DNA of 64,000 nt from Octopus bimaculoides (GCF_001194135.2 NC_068989.1:417824-481823); one strand, 5' to 3'; shown: positions 40,555 to 54,748, counted from the first letter of the stretch. Notes: generated by a model from the sequence alone, not told the origin. Program-made: numbers and translations.

Positions 40555-40586
<32 letters not shown>

Positions 40587-43041
40587 GAAGGGAGAGAGAG
40601 AGANNNNNNNNNNAGAGAGGAAGGGAGAGAGAGAGAGAGAGAGAGAGGAAGGGAGAGAGAGAGATTTATATAAAGTCAACGAGTGTAGAAAATGATGGAC
40701 TAATTTAAGTGTAAACAGTCAAGTAATTTAAAGTCGCTGATTCAATCTGTGAAGAAATCATGAATTATTTCTTTGTTTGCAATGTATTTCTTGAATAACG
40801 AATTCTATATATTTAGTAAAATAAGTATATTATAGTAAGAAATAGCTTATGGGAATGAAAAGCAAATTTCTTTGTAACCAACGGAGTGCCAGTTATATAA
40901 ACTTTTGACTTTTTTGTAATAATATTTTTCATATTTACCTACAAAAATTACAAGGCAAACTTACTTTTCCCATTCAGTAGTATTTGCTTAGGAACCAGTA
41001 AAGCATTTTTACTTGTATCATTTCTAATGAATTATCCTAACCTCAAAAATTACCCAAATTATTATTGCTAGAACAATCCTACCTTCATTTGGTTAAAATT
41101 AACAGTGCTATTGCTATATTATTGGAATAATTTACTTTATTTTACTTCAATCAAACTTACACGCATTTTATCCCAACCTTGTGTCCAGTTGACAGACATA
41201 AGCAGACCGTTTCCAAGACTAGGTATTACAGTGAACATTCCAAGACACTGATCTAAATTGAGTTAAATTCTTTGTTTCCTTTTTCTTAGATATAACCACA
41301 ATCCTCTTACTTTCAATAAGAAAAAAAAGATTAATAATTCGTATGTTTGACATTAAGAAGAAAATGAAGGCTGCCAAATGATAGAAACATACACACTACA
41401 AAGAATTCTCCTGCACAGGCGGTTCACTCACAACAACAAACTATTTCTTTGCCATTTGGAAAAATATTAGAAAAAAAACTTAAAAGCAAAAAATATTAAA
41501 TGACAAAGAACAGGTTCTGACAAGCAATAATATCTTTTTTTCTTTTTTCGTTTTTGCATATAAATATAAAGAATAAAATAATAAATGAGCAACAGCAATG
41601 ATGGGTGTGAAATTAAAGTATTAGACTATTGATTACTCAATCAACATTGACAGTATCTTGTATTTTGAGCAAAGGATATAACTCAGTTTGCATCAAGCTA
41701 CTTGGCTGACGAACAGGTTTAATCTATATCATTTGATTGGCAACAGTAAGAAGACCATTCTAGTATGAAATGATTGGGCAAATAATGTTCAAACTTCCAA
41801 GTTCTATTCAATCCATCCATGCCAGTTTGGAAAATTAGTCGTCAATGAATAAAATATAAAGACAAACGGATCATCAGAAGAGAGGATTAGAGTAATCTTC
41901 AATCCCACATTGTTACATACAGGAATGAAGGTAGCTACAAATATTGGATCAATATTGCAAACAAAAATGTAGAAGTGAAAAGGAATATTGAACAGAAGAA
42001 ATATAGTAAGAGACCAAAATAAGACAAAGTGGAGGAAGAGAGAGAGAGAGAGAGACAGAGAGAGAAAGAAAATAAGAGAGAGTGAATTAAAAGAGAAGAG
42101 AAATAAGTGATATGAAATTAACATTGAGTAAAGGTATAAATCTGTTTTCTTCCAACAAACAATTCCAAAACTTTTTAACGTTTCCTTTGTCCAGTCAACA
42201 AATGAAATAACCCAAACAATTTGACAGGTCTTCAGATAATTTTTCTCTTATTTTCTTTTGTCTTTGAAATTTCTTTTCACTTTTGTTTATTCATAATTTG
42301 TCTCCCCCCCCCCCATTCTCTCTACATTTTGCTTTCTTATTTTCTTTTATCAATTATATTCTCCTTATCTCTCATTTAGTGTTAATGACGGTTTTAATAT
42401 TGCAGTTCAATTTAAGCAAAGAGTTAACAGAAACGGCAGACTGGTGTGTGCTAGATGCCTTATAGCATCTCTTCTCCATTCTGGGTCAACTTCCCTCTTA
42501 ATCTCTCCAGGTTAATAAAATAAAACAAGCAAGCTACAGGAAATATACTACAACATAAAGAGAATCAATTCAATAGACTAGACTCCCTCCATTGTACCTA
42601 GTTAAAAGAATCAATATTGCAGCTAAACTTACTCTCCTTGATTGCACCAAGTGAAGATGGTGAAAAATAATGATAGGAAAGAAAAAAAATGATAAAAGAA
42701 AAAATGATAAAAGAAAAAAAATACTGAATTGTATTAGGAGTAGGTCAATTCTCTGAGGATTTATTTATAGATTTTCACAAATTAATGGTGCAACCAAAAA
42801 AAGATGAAAGGCTTATTGGACCAGTTCTGAAGCCAATTCATAACAATTTTTATAAATGGACAAAGTGTTGATACTGGTAGTTAAGGGAGAAATGAGAATG
42901 AGTCTATCATCTGCCTGTTAACAGACCAAAAAGAAGGCATTTTTCAACTGAGGCTTGGATGGGTGCAGGATGAACAAAAAACATATTTTTTTTAATAATT
43001 CATTTTAAACACAAAAAATAAAAATATATTTCATTCAAGCA

Positions 43042-43085
<44 letters not shown>

Positions 43086-43090
43086 TGATA

Positions 43091-43168
<78 letters not shown>

Positions 43169-44204
43169 NNNNNNNNNNGTTGAACATGTCCCTTAGTGGC
43201 TGACGATATATGCATCTCTGATCATGAGCAGAAGTAGTAGGGGAGCATCATAACCATGTGTTGAGAGGAATTCTTTGGGGTTTGGATAATTCACCTTTGG
43301 AAACATGAGTGTTTCGTTAACATCCTTAAACAACCCTTATTCAGGGACCTTTTGAGTGGGATGGGCTATTCGACCTGAAGAAAATTCTAACTGGGCCCCC
43401 ACCTGCAAGGTCATGCATTATCTTGATGAGATTACCATGTCACGCATATATGTGATAAATGCGTCTGGTGTACCCTTATCAGATGGGTAGTCATGATGGC
43501 CGACTTTAGGAGCTTTGTGTCACAACACAAAGTAAAATAGAATGCAAGTCAAAGAGATAATAATCTTCATATAAATAAAAGATAAATAGCCTGCAATTTT
43601 GATTTTAATCTGGACACCTCAGCTATATCACAGCCTATCGTTTACAGAGTTCCAGCTGTGCTCTAACTCACCATTGATTTCCAGTTTCTGTTTATCTGAA
43701 GAAATAACCAAAGATTGAGATCTTCGCTTTTTCTTTTGCTTTTCAGGGCTAAATTTTCACAAATTCTCCATTGTACATATCTTCATCAACACCTTGACTA
43801 AAAATGCAAAAACTGCAACACAATCATAATGCCAGTACCTTTCATCAGTGGCAATGGTAAATACAAGAAGAGACTTTATTTTCTGTTACAAGTCAAAGAT
43901 ATTTATATGCTTTGCAATGGTTTATGTGAAAATCAAAATCTCTGAAGCCTCAGTTGTGCACTTTTTACCAAAGTGCCTTCTGAGAAGGCTTTGCTGAAAT
44001 AGTTATTTCTCATTTGCAGCTATGTAACTTGCTTTGACTGCAGCATCTCAATGTTTATGCAGGCTTTCAGAAACTGACTGCCGACTCTATAAGTGCATGG
44101 TTTAACAATGTTTTCTTGATGAGAGTCATAGTGGTGTTGTACATTATTCTCTTTAGCAATAGAAATATTTTGTTTATGAGTCAATGACTATTGAAAAGGT
44201 TGCA

Positions 44205-44390
44205 AGACGCAACGAAAATTTTAGAAAAATAAATAAGGAAATGAGTGGAAACTTTACTGACGAGTGTGTTAGATAATAAGTCACTAAAAGAGAATGACTC
44301 TCCCCAGACACAACAAAATATGCTTCAAAACACAAGCTCACATAAAGAATCTGGCAAACTAAATCCAAAAACGAAATATATATATTATTG
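44205..44390 (+). repeat. Unclassified AT-rich dispersed repeat, copy 1 (copy 2 at about 50203-50390)
   Basis: Shared aagacgcaac...aatgactctccc..gacacaaca.aatatgcttcaa...aaatccaaaaacgaaatat. Confidence 0.75.
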
Positions 44391-44392
44391 TG

Positions 44393-44915
44393 AAGACCTG
44401 TTGAGGTAAGTGAAATCGAAATCAAAATCAAATTTGATGACAGCATAGCTGGCATCCGTGCTAGTGGAGCACTAAGAGCACCATCCGTGCATGATCGTCG
44501 CCAGGGTCACTGACTGGCTCCCGTGCCGGCGGCACATAAAAAGCACCATTCGAGCATGATCATTACCAGCGTCGCGTTACTGGCACTTGTGCCGGTGGTA
44601 CGTGGCATAACAACATTCGAGCAAGGGTGTTGCCAGTGCCGCTGGACTGGCTACTGTGCAAGTGACATGTAAAAACGCTATTTGAGCATGGCCGTTGCCA
44701 GTATCGCCTGACTGGCCCTCATGCTGGTGGCACATAAAAGCACCCACTACACTCTCGGAGTGGTTGGCATTAGGAAGAGCATCCAGCTGTAGAAACTCTG
44801 CCCGATCAGATTGGAGCCAGGTGCAGCCATCTGGCTCACCAGTCCCCAGTCAAACCATCCAACCCATGCCAGCATGGAAAGCGGATGTTAAACGATGATG
44901 ATGATGATGATGATG
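44393..44915 (+). mobile_element. Relatively young RTE 3' UTR copy with about 4.5 internal tandem units of roughly 65 bp
   Basis: CpG-rich; ends cccatgccagcatggaaagcggatgttaaac(gat)n. Confidence 0.85.
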
Positions 44916-46706
44916 TAAAAAGGAAGCATGATAAATAGGACTACAATTTATCAATAATAAACAACTTACTTTTTTTTTTAATAATTTTCCAATAATAAAA
45001 TTTCTTAATTTAAAAAAGAAAAAAAAAATGAAATCCTCGTAAATTATGATTTATTAACCTTCATAGTTTTCTAATTCCAAATGAGTTCTAATTACATAAA
45101 AACACTTATAAAAGCTCAGGTAAGCCTCAGTTATTTCCTAGGGAAAACACTCTTAAAACAGATTATGTTCTTGTATTTGGCATAGAGGAGTTACATGGTA
45201 TACTCTTTATCAAGCATGTATATATTTATATGCACATCATCACCACTACTACTACGACCATCACCAAAATAACCGTCACTCTTAGTATTTATTCTTCAAT
45301 GCTTTCAGTTTTTCCTGATTTATTTTGACTTATTTTTTTGTTTCCTATTTTAAATGAAAAATACTTTCAGATATTAATAATTGAGAAAAAGCTGGTTCTA
45401 TTGTTGCTGTTGGTTTATTAGTGTTGCTTTCTCTAATTTTTACCTTATTTATTTATTGATGCACTCTTTGGTAATTCAATAATGGAAACAGCAACAGATA
45501 TCTGTCCAACATCAGAGCATGCCTGACCAGAATATCAAGTGGAAGAAGGTTATGTTATTTTGCAGGAAAATAAAGAAAGAAAAAAACAATAAAATAATAG
45601 TCTCAAAGTTAAGATCACTATTCTGAGCAGTCAAAATTTACTTTTATTTGCACACACATGCAGACAGAATTATACGTACATAGAGGTATGTATATGCATA
45701 TGAACACACAGACACATACACACACAAATAATTTGTATTTCTCTGGCCAAAAATAAATGGTATTTAGTGAATGTCTCCACACTTTTAACTTTTAAATAGA
45801 ACAGTAAAAATATATAAGATTTTTCTAATGTGCAATAAGTACTGCCAAAATTCCAATGCTAGAATCTTCTTTTATTATTAATTACAAACTCCTTTACTGA
45901 AGTAATTTAAAGATTTAAAAAAATAATAAAACTCTTCCTATACACCCTTATACATGCACAGCTCACAGTTGTTACCAACCTGGAAACATCCAGAACAACA
46001 AAACAGATGTTAACATTATGATAATGAGGTAAAATTTCATTGAGTAAACGAGAATTAAGATTCTAAGTTCAATTAAAATAATCACTGCAAAGAAGCTGTA
46101 CTAATGAAAAAGATTTGTGAAGAATTAAGGGTGGAGGAGGGTGTGCAATATAGAGGGGGGTGAAATGTATGAGGAAAGAAAAAAAAGAAAGAAGAGAAAG
46201 AAAGATATATAAGAGAGGAAATATTGAAATAAATGCTTGCAAGAGAATGAAAAATTGTTCAGGAGAAATAAACAATACAAAAAAAAAAAAAAGAAGTTTT
46301 TTATGATACAATAACCCACCCCCTACCAAGGAACTTATGGTCTCCTATGCTTATTCGATCTAAGATACCAGCTGTTTCAATGCCCAGCAGATGGTTACAG
46401 ATTATTCAAACAAAATTAACAAAAGTAATGAGTTTGAGAATTTGAGACTAGTGAATGAAAAAAAAAAATACAAAAAAGGAAGAAAAGTGTTTTTAGTGGT
46501 GACCTACATTTTTAGAGTTCATTCTTTCAGGCTGCAACAATGAAACTAAGTTCAATTAACAAATCAGTTTTGCTGCTAACTCATATCCTAAAGGTTTTTT
46601 TTTTTCTTAAACAAATAACAAAATGCAGGCCTCATGCTTAGCAAAAGACCATTTACTCAGGTGGTAACTTTCTATTCTCACCCACTGTTCAATAAGTTCC
46701 CTGGAA

Positions 46707-46743
<37 letters not shown>

Positions 46744-49273
46744 CCCTTACTTACCATTTCAAGTGGAAGTTGACAAACTTAATGACCAAAGAGGAAAATG
46801 TCTCTCCTCAGTCCTTTTAGTTGCATCCATTAAAGAGGACATCTTCTGCCCTCACCAAACAGAAGAAAACTGCTGGCGCTACCTGACCAAAGAAGGTAGC
46901 AGAAGAATATTATTATTTATAGAGCTGGATGATAGCCACATCAGACCTGCATGAAACAGCAGCTGTTTGACAGTAATTCTGAGACACTGACTGAATGGGT
47001 GTTGAATGCCTTTCATTGCTCTTTATATGTCATTCCAAGGACCGGCTGATGGCACTTCCAGACCTAAAAAATATATCTTGCTTCACTAGCACTGCCAGGA
47101 CAGAATTTTCTGGAAGTTACCAATAGTACTCAGGCTGAAAGTCTGACAGACACTTAATTCTTGTAAATACTCAGAGTTTCCATGAACATGTTCTCTCTCT
47201 TCCCAACCACTAGAACTCTATAAAATTCTAATCTGCAACTTACACTGGTTGCATTGCTCAAATGGTGGAGGGGTGTGAGTATACAACAACATTTGAGATG
47301 TCAGACACCCAGACTTGAACTCTGCCTCACCCAATAATACTGATCCCTAACATATGCATCAGCCAGACACTTTCTGAGTAAACTTTCAAGTCAATTACAT
47401 TCACCCCCAACATTTGACTGGTACTATTTTATTTATCCCTGAGAAAAAGCTAAGTTAACTCCAGTAGGATTTGAACTCAGAATGTGAAGAGATGAATACC
47501 CAGTCTTCCATAGCAGAAACTATTTTATGCATTATAGTATGAAAAATACCACATTGCTACATGTCAAACTGACAATACATGCATTAATATGTAAATGTTA
47601 ATAAGCTATTTCTTCATGTTAGATTTTTAAAAAGTAGCAGTTGTAGACGAAGCCATAACTCAGATTATTTGGTTTACAATCAAAGATTAAAATTATTATT
47701 TCCAATATCATAATTATTTCTAACACTTTTGCAATAACTTTCAAGGATTTATTGAAAAATATTATCATAGACAATAATTACATTGATAACAATTTAGAAT
47801 GATTTTTATCAAACGGTGTGCATATCATAATAGATTACAGTGTATAACATGTTTTATGGCTCCCTTGCACATTTATTAAAAGAGGGGTTTATAAATTATT
47901 TAAATAACTTTCTGCAAGTTTACAATGTTTTACACATTTCTTAACATTCAAAACAAAAATCTCGTCATTTAAACAGGCATTCACACAAGCAGAGATACAA
48001 TTTGAGATATTTTAAAATCAATGTATAAAGACAGATGCAACAACACTTCATATTAATATAGACAGCTACGTCCTTAACAAACATTTGACTAGCAGTATAT
48101 CACAATCTCACAAATGTACACACAAACCCCAAACATACAATCAAACAGAACATGTCTTGAAACATATACATGCAGGCATACACCACTTGTGTATAAATAT
48201 GAACACAAAGGGGAAAATTGCATGTCAAACAAAGCAACTAACTGCTATGTTGGCTTTGGACCAAACCTATATAATTAGTTTATCACTGTTATTGAACTAA
48301 CAGAAAATAAGTTATTACAGAAACTGTTTATGTGTCTGAGAGAATTTTAAAATAGTTTTAGCATTCTAAAGCAATGAAAGATATTCTCAAACCAAAGTGA
48401 TGGTATTAAATGATGATTTTAGCTCATAGATAAGAAGGACTTGCTTTTAAGGAGAACCATTTATGCAATGGCCATTATATATACATATTTGGTGTGTAAT
48501 TAAGTAGTGACTTGCTCCCTCCAGGTGGTCGTGAAAAGATTTTGTAGAAAGGAATAGAATGGAATGATTAGCCATTATTCACAGATGATTTGAACTTAAC
48601 CAAGCTAGGGATGATACTCATCAATTATTATGTCGTTGCTGTCTGTGTTTGTGAGCTGAAGTCATCACAATATTGTGAATTAGGAAGGGTTTAGAATGCA
48701 GCACTATACAATGCTAACCATCAACCATTTGGCCAATAGCCAAGTACCTTAATTGCTCAGCAAGATAGACTAACAAAATTCTCAGTGGTAAAGCCTCAAA
48801 TTGAGAAAATTGTTTTTGTGGTACTGAAATTAACCACTCAGATTTGTAGGACAACACCTGTATAACCTTTTAGGAGACTATGAGCTTACTTTTATGAATA
48901 CAAAATCATAGAAATAAAGGAAGGTTCTGTCCCCATCCTCCTAATACTTTGCACCAGCCATAGATTTGGTCTGTAACTCTCAGTAGGTTGTCCCATGGGA
49001 GCTTCCGATTGTCCTCTAAGTTATATGTTCCTGACTCCTCCTCTCTCTTGTGAGAAACCTCTGTTGTAAGACTACCTTTCTCTTTATAAATATCCTAGAC
49101 ATTTCACACAGCCTTGGCTTTGTTGTCTCATTTTATTTAACATATACCTGCTCATACATGAGCCGCATTAGATTCCTCACTCATATTATTATCAAACCAG
49201 GAGTCTAACTATGGTCCTTCCGTAGCACTTGCATAGCCTTACCTGCCATCTTGGGTCTTCTGGATACCAAAAC

Positions 49274-49324
<51 letters not shown>

Positions 49325-49519
49325 GTTGATTCATCAGAAGTGATAAATTACAGGACTCAATACAAGTGTAGGGCATTCTTTAATACAAGTGTAACTGAAA
49401 GGCATGAATTTCCAGTACTTTGAGTAATTCATTTCTGATTATCAACTCCGATTGCCAGTGATGAATGGAAATGAGTCACCCAGGTTACTGGGAATTGGGG
49501 GTTTCTCTGNNNNNNNNNN

Positions 49520-49575
<56 letters not shown>

Positions 49576-50458
49576 GTGTGTGTGTCTCTAGATAGATAGG
49601 AGGGATTATGCTAACTGATGTGTGTTAATGGTGGCTAATCACAAATCAAGAAGACAGAAAATAGAAATTTAGGATTAAAACTTCCTATGATAACACTGTA
49701 GACATCTTTTGCTTTATTCTGGTCTCAACAAAGCACAGCTTCCTCGTATATTAGATGACTGAATCAATAAGTAAATTCACAAGATTGTACAATTATTGAT
49801 TTAGAAAAATAGAGGAATTTCAAGAATAAATAATTGATATCTGCCATCATCATGGAAAAGAACAGCGAAGTTAGAATTTTGACACATTTGAAGCAAAGGA
49901 AGGATTGGAGAAAAGTAATGAGAAATACTGAGTTGATAAAAAGAAAGTTTTCCCTTCAAGGTTTTAGGGATGTTGTGGTTGTGAACCCGCATCCAGCAAC
50001 ACCACTAAAGTAGCCAATTATGTAAAAATATTTGATTGGACAATTCTGGTATTTTATACCTAATAATGCCTTAATATTTAATATTAAGTTTCAGTTATAA
50101 GATTTAAGAGAACCTCCATTTATGATAGAGTGTTTGATGAAAGAGGTTTGGTCGCTCTACTGAGCAGGGTAACTATGTACCTGTTTATCAAAGATATATT
50201 TAAGACGCAACAAAAATTTTAGGAAAATAAAAATAAGAAATAAGTGGAAATTTTACCGGTGAGTGTGTTAAATTTTAATGCACAATAAGAAAATGACTCT
50301 CCCAAGACACAACAGAATATGCTTCAACACACAAAATCACAAAAAATCTTGCAAACCAAATCCAAAAACGAAATATTTAATGTTGTTATAATTTTATGTT
50401 TACGAAGATATAAAGGAGTGTTAGCGTTTGTTTTGAAGTGAATCTTTCAGAAATATAT

Positions 50459-50758
50459 ATCATCATCATCATCATCGTTTAACGTCTGCTTTCCATGCTG
50501 GCATGGGTTGGACGATTTGACTGAGGACTGGTGAAACCGGATGGCAACACCAGGCTCCAATCTAATTTGGCAGAGTTTCTACAGCTGGATGCCCTTCCTA
50601 ACGCCAACCACTCCGAGAGTGTAGTGGGTGCTTTTACGTGTCACCTGCACGAGGGCCAGTCAGGCGGTACTGGCAACGGCCATGCTCAAAATGGTGTCTT
50701 TTATGTGCCACCCGCACAAGAGCCAGTCCAGCGGCACTGACAACGATCTCGCTCGAAA
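50459..50758 (-). mobile_element. Relatively young RTE 3' UTR copy (inverted relative to 44393-44915)
   Basis: Reverse complement aligns by eye with the 3' part of the 44.4-kb copy. Confidence 0.85.
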
Positions 50759-51654
50759 ATCCTATGAAGACCAGTCAGGCTGAAGGCCATATATATAGTA
50801 GATTTATCTGAAAAGCTGCTCAAAAGGTAGCTGGGGCTATACAAGAAGATGAAATGGTTGTCCTGATAGTGATATGACACTTGTAGAGTGGAACTGTTTA
50901 ACTGGGAAGAAGTGAAGTCTATTTTTGGCCTCACAGATAACAATTATACAATAATAAAGATGAATTGTGATATGCTGCACTGCAGAACTACAATGAAGAG
51001 AACTTTGATAACGATGTGGCTTCTTCTATTGCTGTTGTTGTTGCTGCTGCTGATGGTGACGATGGTGATGAAGTGCATGGAATTTTACTCATTAAGTTAC
51101 TCTTATCATATTTCGTTTTGAGACATCTAATTGCTTAAGTTATTGTCCAATACAGAGTCATCTGTTGCAAGGCTCATGAGTTTGTAGATAATGTAACACA
51201 ATCAGCAAAACAAAAGTAAGTCACCAAGATTTATGTGATAAAGATTTCCCATTATGGACCCCTTCAATGTTTTGTAAGATAACAATGCCTTGTTTAAGAC
51301 ATGCAATGGTTTAAGATTTCTCATCTTGATTATATTGTTATCAATGATTTAACAACACTAATTTACTTTCTTGTACAAATATAATGAACCATATGGAAAC
51401 CAGCAAATGTCAGAAACAAACTGCTGCTACTGCTGCTACTACTACTACTACTACTCCTACCATATACACAACTGCTACTTTTTTGAATCAAGCTTGAAGA
51501 AATAGGTAATTGATAAAGCATTATTTTGCTGCCACCTCTCAGAGATTCTAGAATCAAGTCTCAGATATTCCTTAATACAGATATTCTTTGTAACATAACA
51601 TTTTTTTATTAATCAAATAATTTGCACACACACACACTTTAGAAAAAACAAGTA

Positions 51655-51868
51655 AAGAGTCGATATCCTCCACCATCACCACTACAAGAACTGGAGACTG
51701 TTTTAGCTGAAGAATGGACAAAAATTCCTTTGGAAACAATTCAAACTTTGTACGAGTCCATACCTCATAGAATTCAAGCTGTAATTACTGCCAAAGGCAG
51801 TCCTACCCCATATTAAAATAAATTTGTTTGAAATTTTAAAGTGTTCCCATTATTTTGTCCAATCCCTG
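51655..51868 (+). mobile_element. Tc1-like transposon 3' end
   Basis: LQELETVLAEEWTKIPLETIQTLYESIPHRIQAVITAKGSPTPY-stop, followed by a TIR-like cccattattttgtccaatccctg. Confidence 0.85.
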
Positions 51869-52393
51869 CATATCAACATAAAAGAAACTATTTTTTCCTT
51901 TTTTTCCTTTCTCCACCAGAAAATCTGAAATTTAATTTACTCTTCTGACATTTTCACATCCATATTATTCAATTGTAAAAAATATTGAATTGGCAGCACA
52001 TTTAGATTTCTAGCTTACTAGAATACTTTGTGTATAAAGATACACTTTTATGCTTGTTTGTGCTACTTCAAGTTATATAGAGTAAACGGTAAATAGATTT
52101 TCAGCTATATCTTGGTGGGGTCATTATGTCAACAAGAAACATACGTGTGGAGAGAGTGATATATCTCAGCTTGAGAACCACTAACCAAGTTAAGAATACA
52201 TAAAAAGAGAGAATACAGAGACTAACATTTAAGGGTTAGTTACTACTATGCAGAGTAATAAATAGAAAAGTAAGAAATAAATACCAGAAATGCATATTTT
52301 CAAAATAAATCAGATCTAAAACTTTAATTTAGTTAGCCATAAATTCAACAGAAAGAGAGGGCTGAGAGAGAGGGGGAAGAGGGTAAAGGAGAG

Positions 52394-52427
<34 letters not shown>

Positions 52428-53469
52428 TGTTCCCTGCAAATATCTAAAATAGTTCAACTATCATTGTTATTAGTTCCATCTTTCAACAGCACCACATCAT
52501 TAACGTCAAGGTTATAAGCATAATTTTTGCTTAGATCTTTCAATGTTTCCCCCCCCCCCAATGTTTTATGCTGGTTTGGAGTCTATTTGAGGCTATTTGT
52601 TTGTGAATTCTGACAGGTCAGACAAGTAAGCAAGTAGAGAGACTCCAGTGTTAGGTTGTACCATTGTGACCCAGGCACTCCACCTCCCCACCCCCAATCT
52701 CTCTGCAATAAACTAAGAAGAAAAGTATAACTCACTTCCTACTGTGCCTGGCAATAGAGAGACCAGACCTTAGAATTACTTACATAATGAGACGAAAATA
52801 CTCAAACTGAAATACATTTCACATGCAAAGTAGGGTACAGTGTGTCCATCACAGACAGATTAATATACAAGGAACTAATATGTCATTCAAAATTATTTGT
52901 TGACCATTCACTTAACTTTAATAACAGATAAGAAACCACCCTAATCAGGCATTCATCCATCACAATTAAGAGATAATTTATAGAGAAATGAATCGATAAT
53001 GAGCAGAGAAATTTTCATCATGGTGGCAAATGAGTTCCTTTAATCCAAGAGCAGCGGATGTTTTGAAAAAGAACTCTAAATTTCATTAGCTTTCAAATAA
53101 TTAAATTGGAATTGGAAGATGTCGCAGCTTATTTGAAAATTTAAGGTATATTATAGTTATGACATTAAAATATGTGTTTATGATTTATCATAAAAAGATG
53201 CTACAAATGTAAATATGTTAAATTATAAATTATCATATATATATATATAATTTAGTTATTAGGATTCATTAGAATCTTGACACGTAAACACACAAGACAC
53301 CAAAAATGGCTAGGTACAATAACATAAAGCTCACAGTGAGGTAAACAACATTGAAGACATCAAATACTGGTAGGATACTATAGATATGCAAGTATCAAAT
53401 CCAATTTAAACCAAAGATTCCAACTCTGGCATAGGTACAGTGTGGCAGAGGTATAAAAAGTAAGTACAT

Positions 53470-53649
53470 GACAGCTGTTTTGGTAGAATTTTATTAATGC
53501 ATTCATAGAAGATTACATCATATAATCCACCAGCCTGAACCAATGTTAGAAATCTCACCTGTTTGAAATTTTACCTGATGATTGTGAATTATATTTTATG
53601 ATATAATCTTTGATGAATGTATTAATAAAATTCTACCAAAACAGCTATC
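53470..53649. repeat. MITE-like element with about 57-bp imperfect terminal inverted repeats
   Basis: gacagctgttttggtagaattttattaat... versus ...attaataaaattctaccaaaacagctatc. Confidence 0.8.
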
Positions 53650-53677
53650 GTAAATTTTGAACGTCATGTGTTTGCTT

Positions 53678-53739
<62 letters not shown>

Positions 53740-53921
53740 TTAAACACTGCGTTGCAANNNNNNNNNNNNNNNNNNNNNNNNNNNNNNNNNNNNNNNNNNN
53801 NNNNNNNNNNNNNNNNNNNNNNNNNNNNNNNNNNNNNNNNNNNNNNNNNNNNNNNNNNNNNNNNNNNNNNNNNNNNNNNNNNNNNNNNNNNNNNNNNNNN
53901 NNNNNNNNNNNNNNNNNNNNN

Positions 53922-53981
<60 letters not shown>

Positions 53982-54295
53982 TTAAACACTGCGTTGCAAG
54001 TGGGTGAGCCATTCATCAATTTTAGAAAGTATCTCTTCTTTACGTTGGTGAATGAAACCTTCTTGCAGTACAAATAGTTTTATAAACTTATTCCCAGTCA
54101 CATTACAGCACTGCTGACAAGATATGAACCATCATCTCTTGGTTTGTCATCTTGTAAATACTCACCCATCTTTACCCTTAATGCTAGGATTGTGGTGAAA
54201 GATGGCTGAGGTAATTGGGGTTTACAAGAATAGAATAGAATCCAAACAATATTTCAGTTTCTTTTGATAGATAAGCAATATGTTTTACTACTTAC

Positions 54296-54411
54296 ATTCA
54301 GCCGAAGTGTAACTTCCTCCCCAACTGAAACATACGTGGGATTTTCAATCCATACTTCATGACTATTTCTTTCATTGACACGAAAGTCTCGCCTTAGTTT
54401 TGTGGTATTCA
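54296..54411 (-). CDS. PKD1-like exon 3 (NTTKLRRDFRVNERNSHEVWIENPTYVSVGEEVTLRLN)
   Basis: tttctttttcag acceptor, AAT|gtaagt donor, 116 nt, phase 1-0. Confidence 0.9.
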
Positions 54412-54544
54412 CTGAAAAAGAAACCAATGAAGATGACATCAACAAGAAGAACAATCAGTAAAACAGAATAAAATTATTTAAGGATTTCATCTCCAATTAA
54501 AGTTTTGGGACATCTCTAATATTTAATATGTTAACCACCGTAAA

Positions 54545-54748
54545 TGAGCAGGAGGAATCATCATCAGACAGGACAAAATGCTTAACGACATTTCTTCTGA
54601 CTTGACATACTAAGTTCAAATGCCACCAGGGTCAACTTTGCCATTCATGCCTTTGGGGTCAATAAGTAGCAGTCAAGTACTGGAGTCCATGTAATCAACT
54701 TAGTCCCTCCCTCCAAATTGCTGGCCTTGTGCCAAAACTTGAAAGCAA
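54545..54748 (+). mobile_element. SINE family A copy
   Basis: Same body and tail (ggccttgtgccaaaa). Confidence 0.75.

Noticed and set aside
44450-44740. Regularly spaced repeat units that superficially resemble a CRISPR array
   Set aside because: Whole units are diverged tandem copies with no unique spacers, they lie in a LINE 3' UTR, the context is eukaryotic, and no cas genes are present
53703-53998. Direct repeat (TA)n-cacacacattaaacactgcgttgcaa on both sides of a gap
   Set aside because: Typical overlap of contig ends across an unresolved microsatellite; probably an assembly artefact
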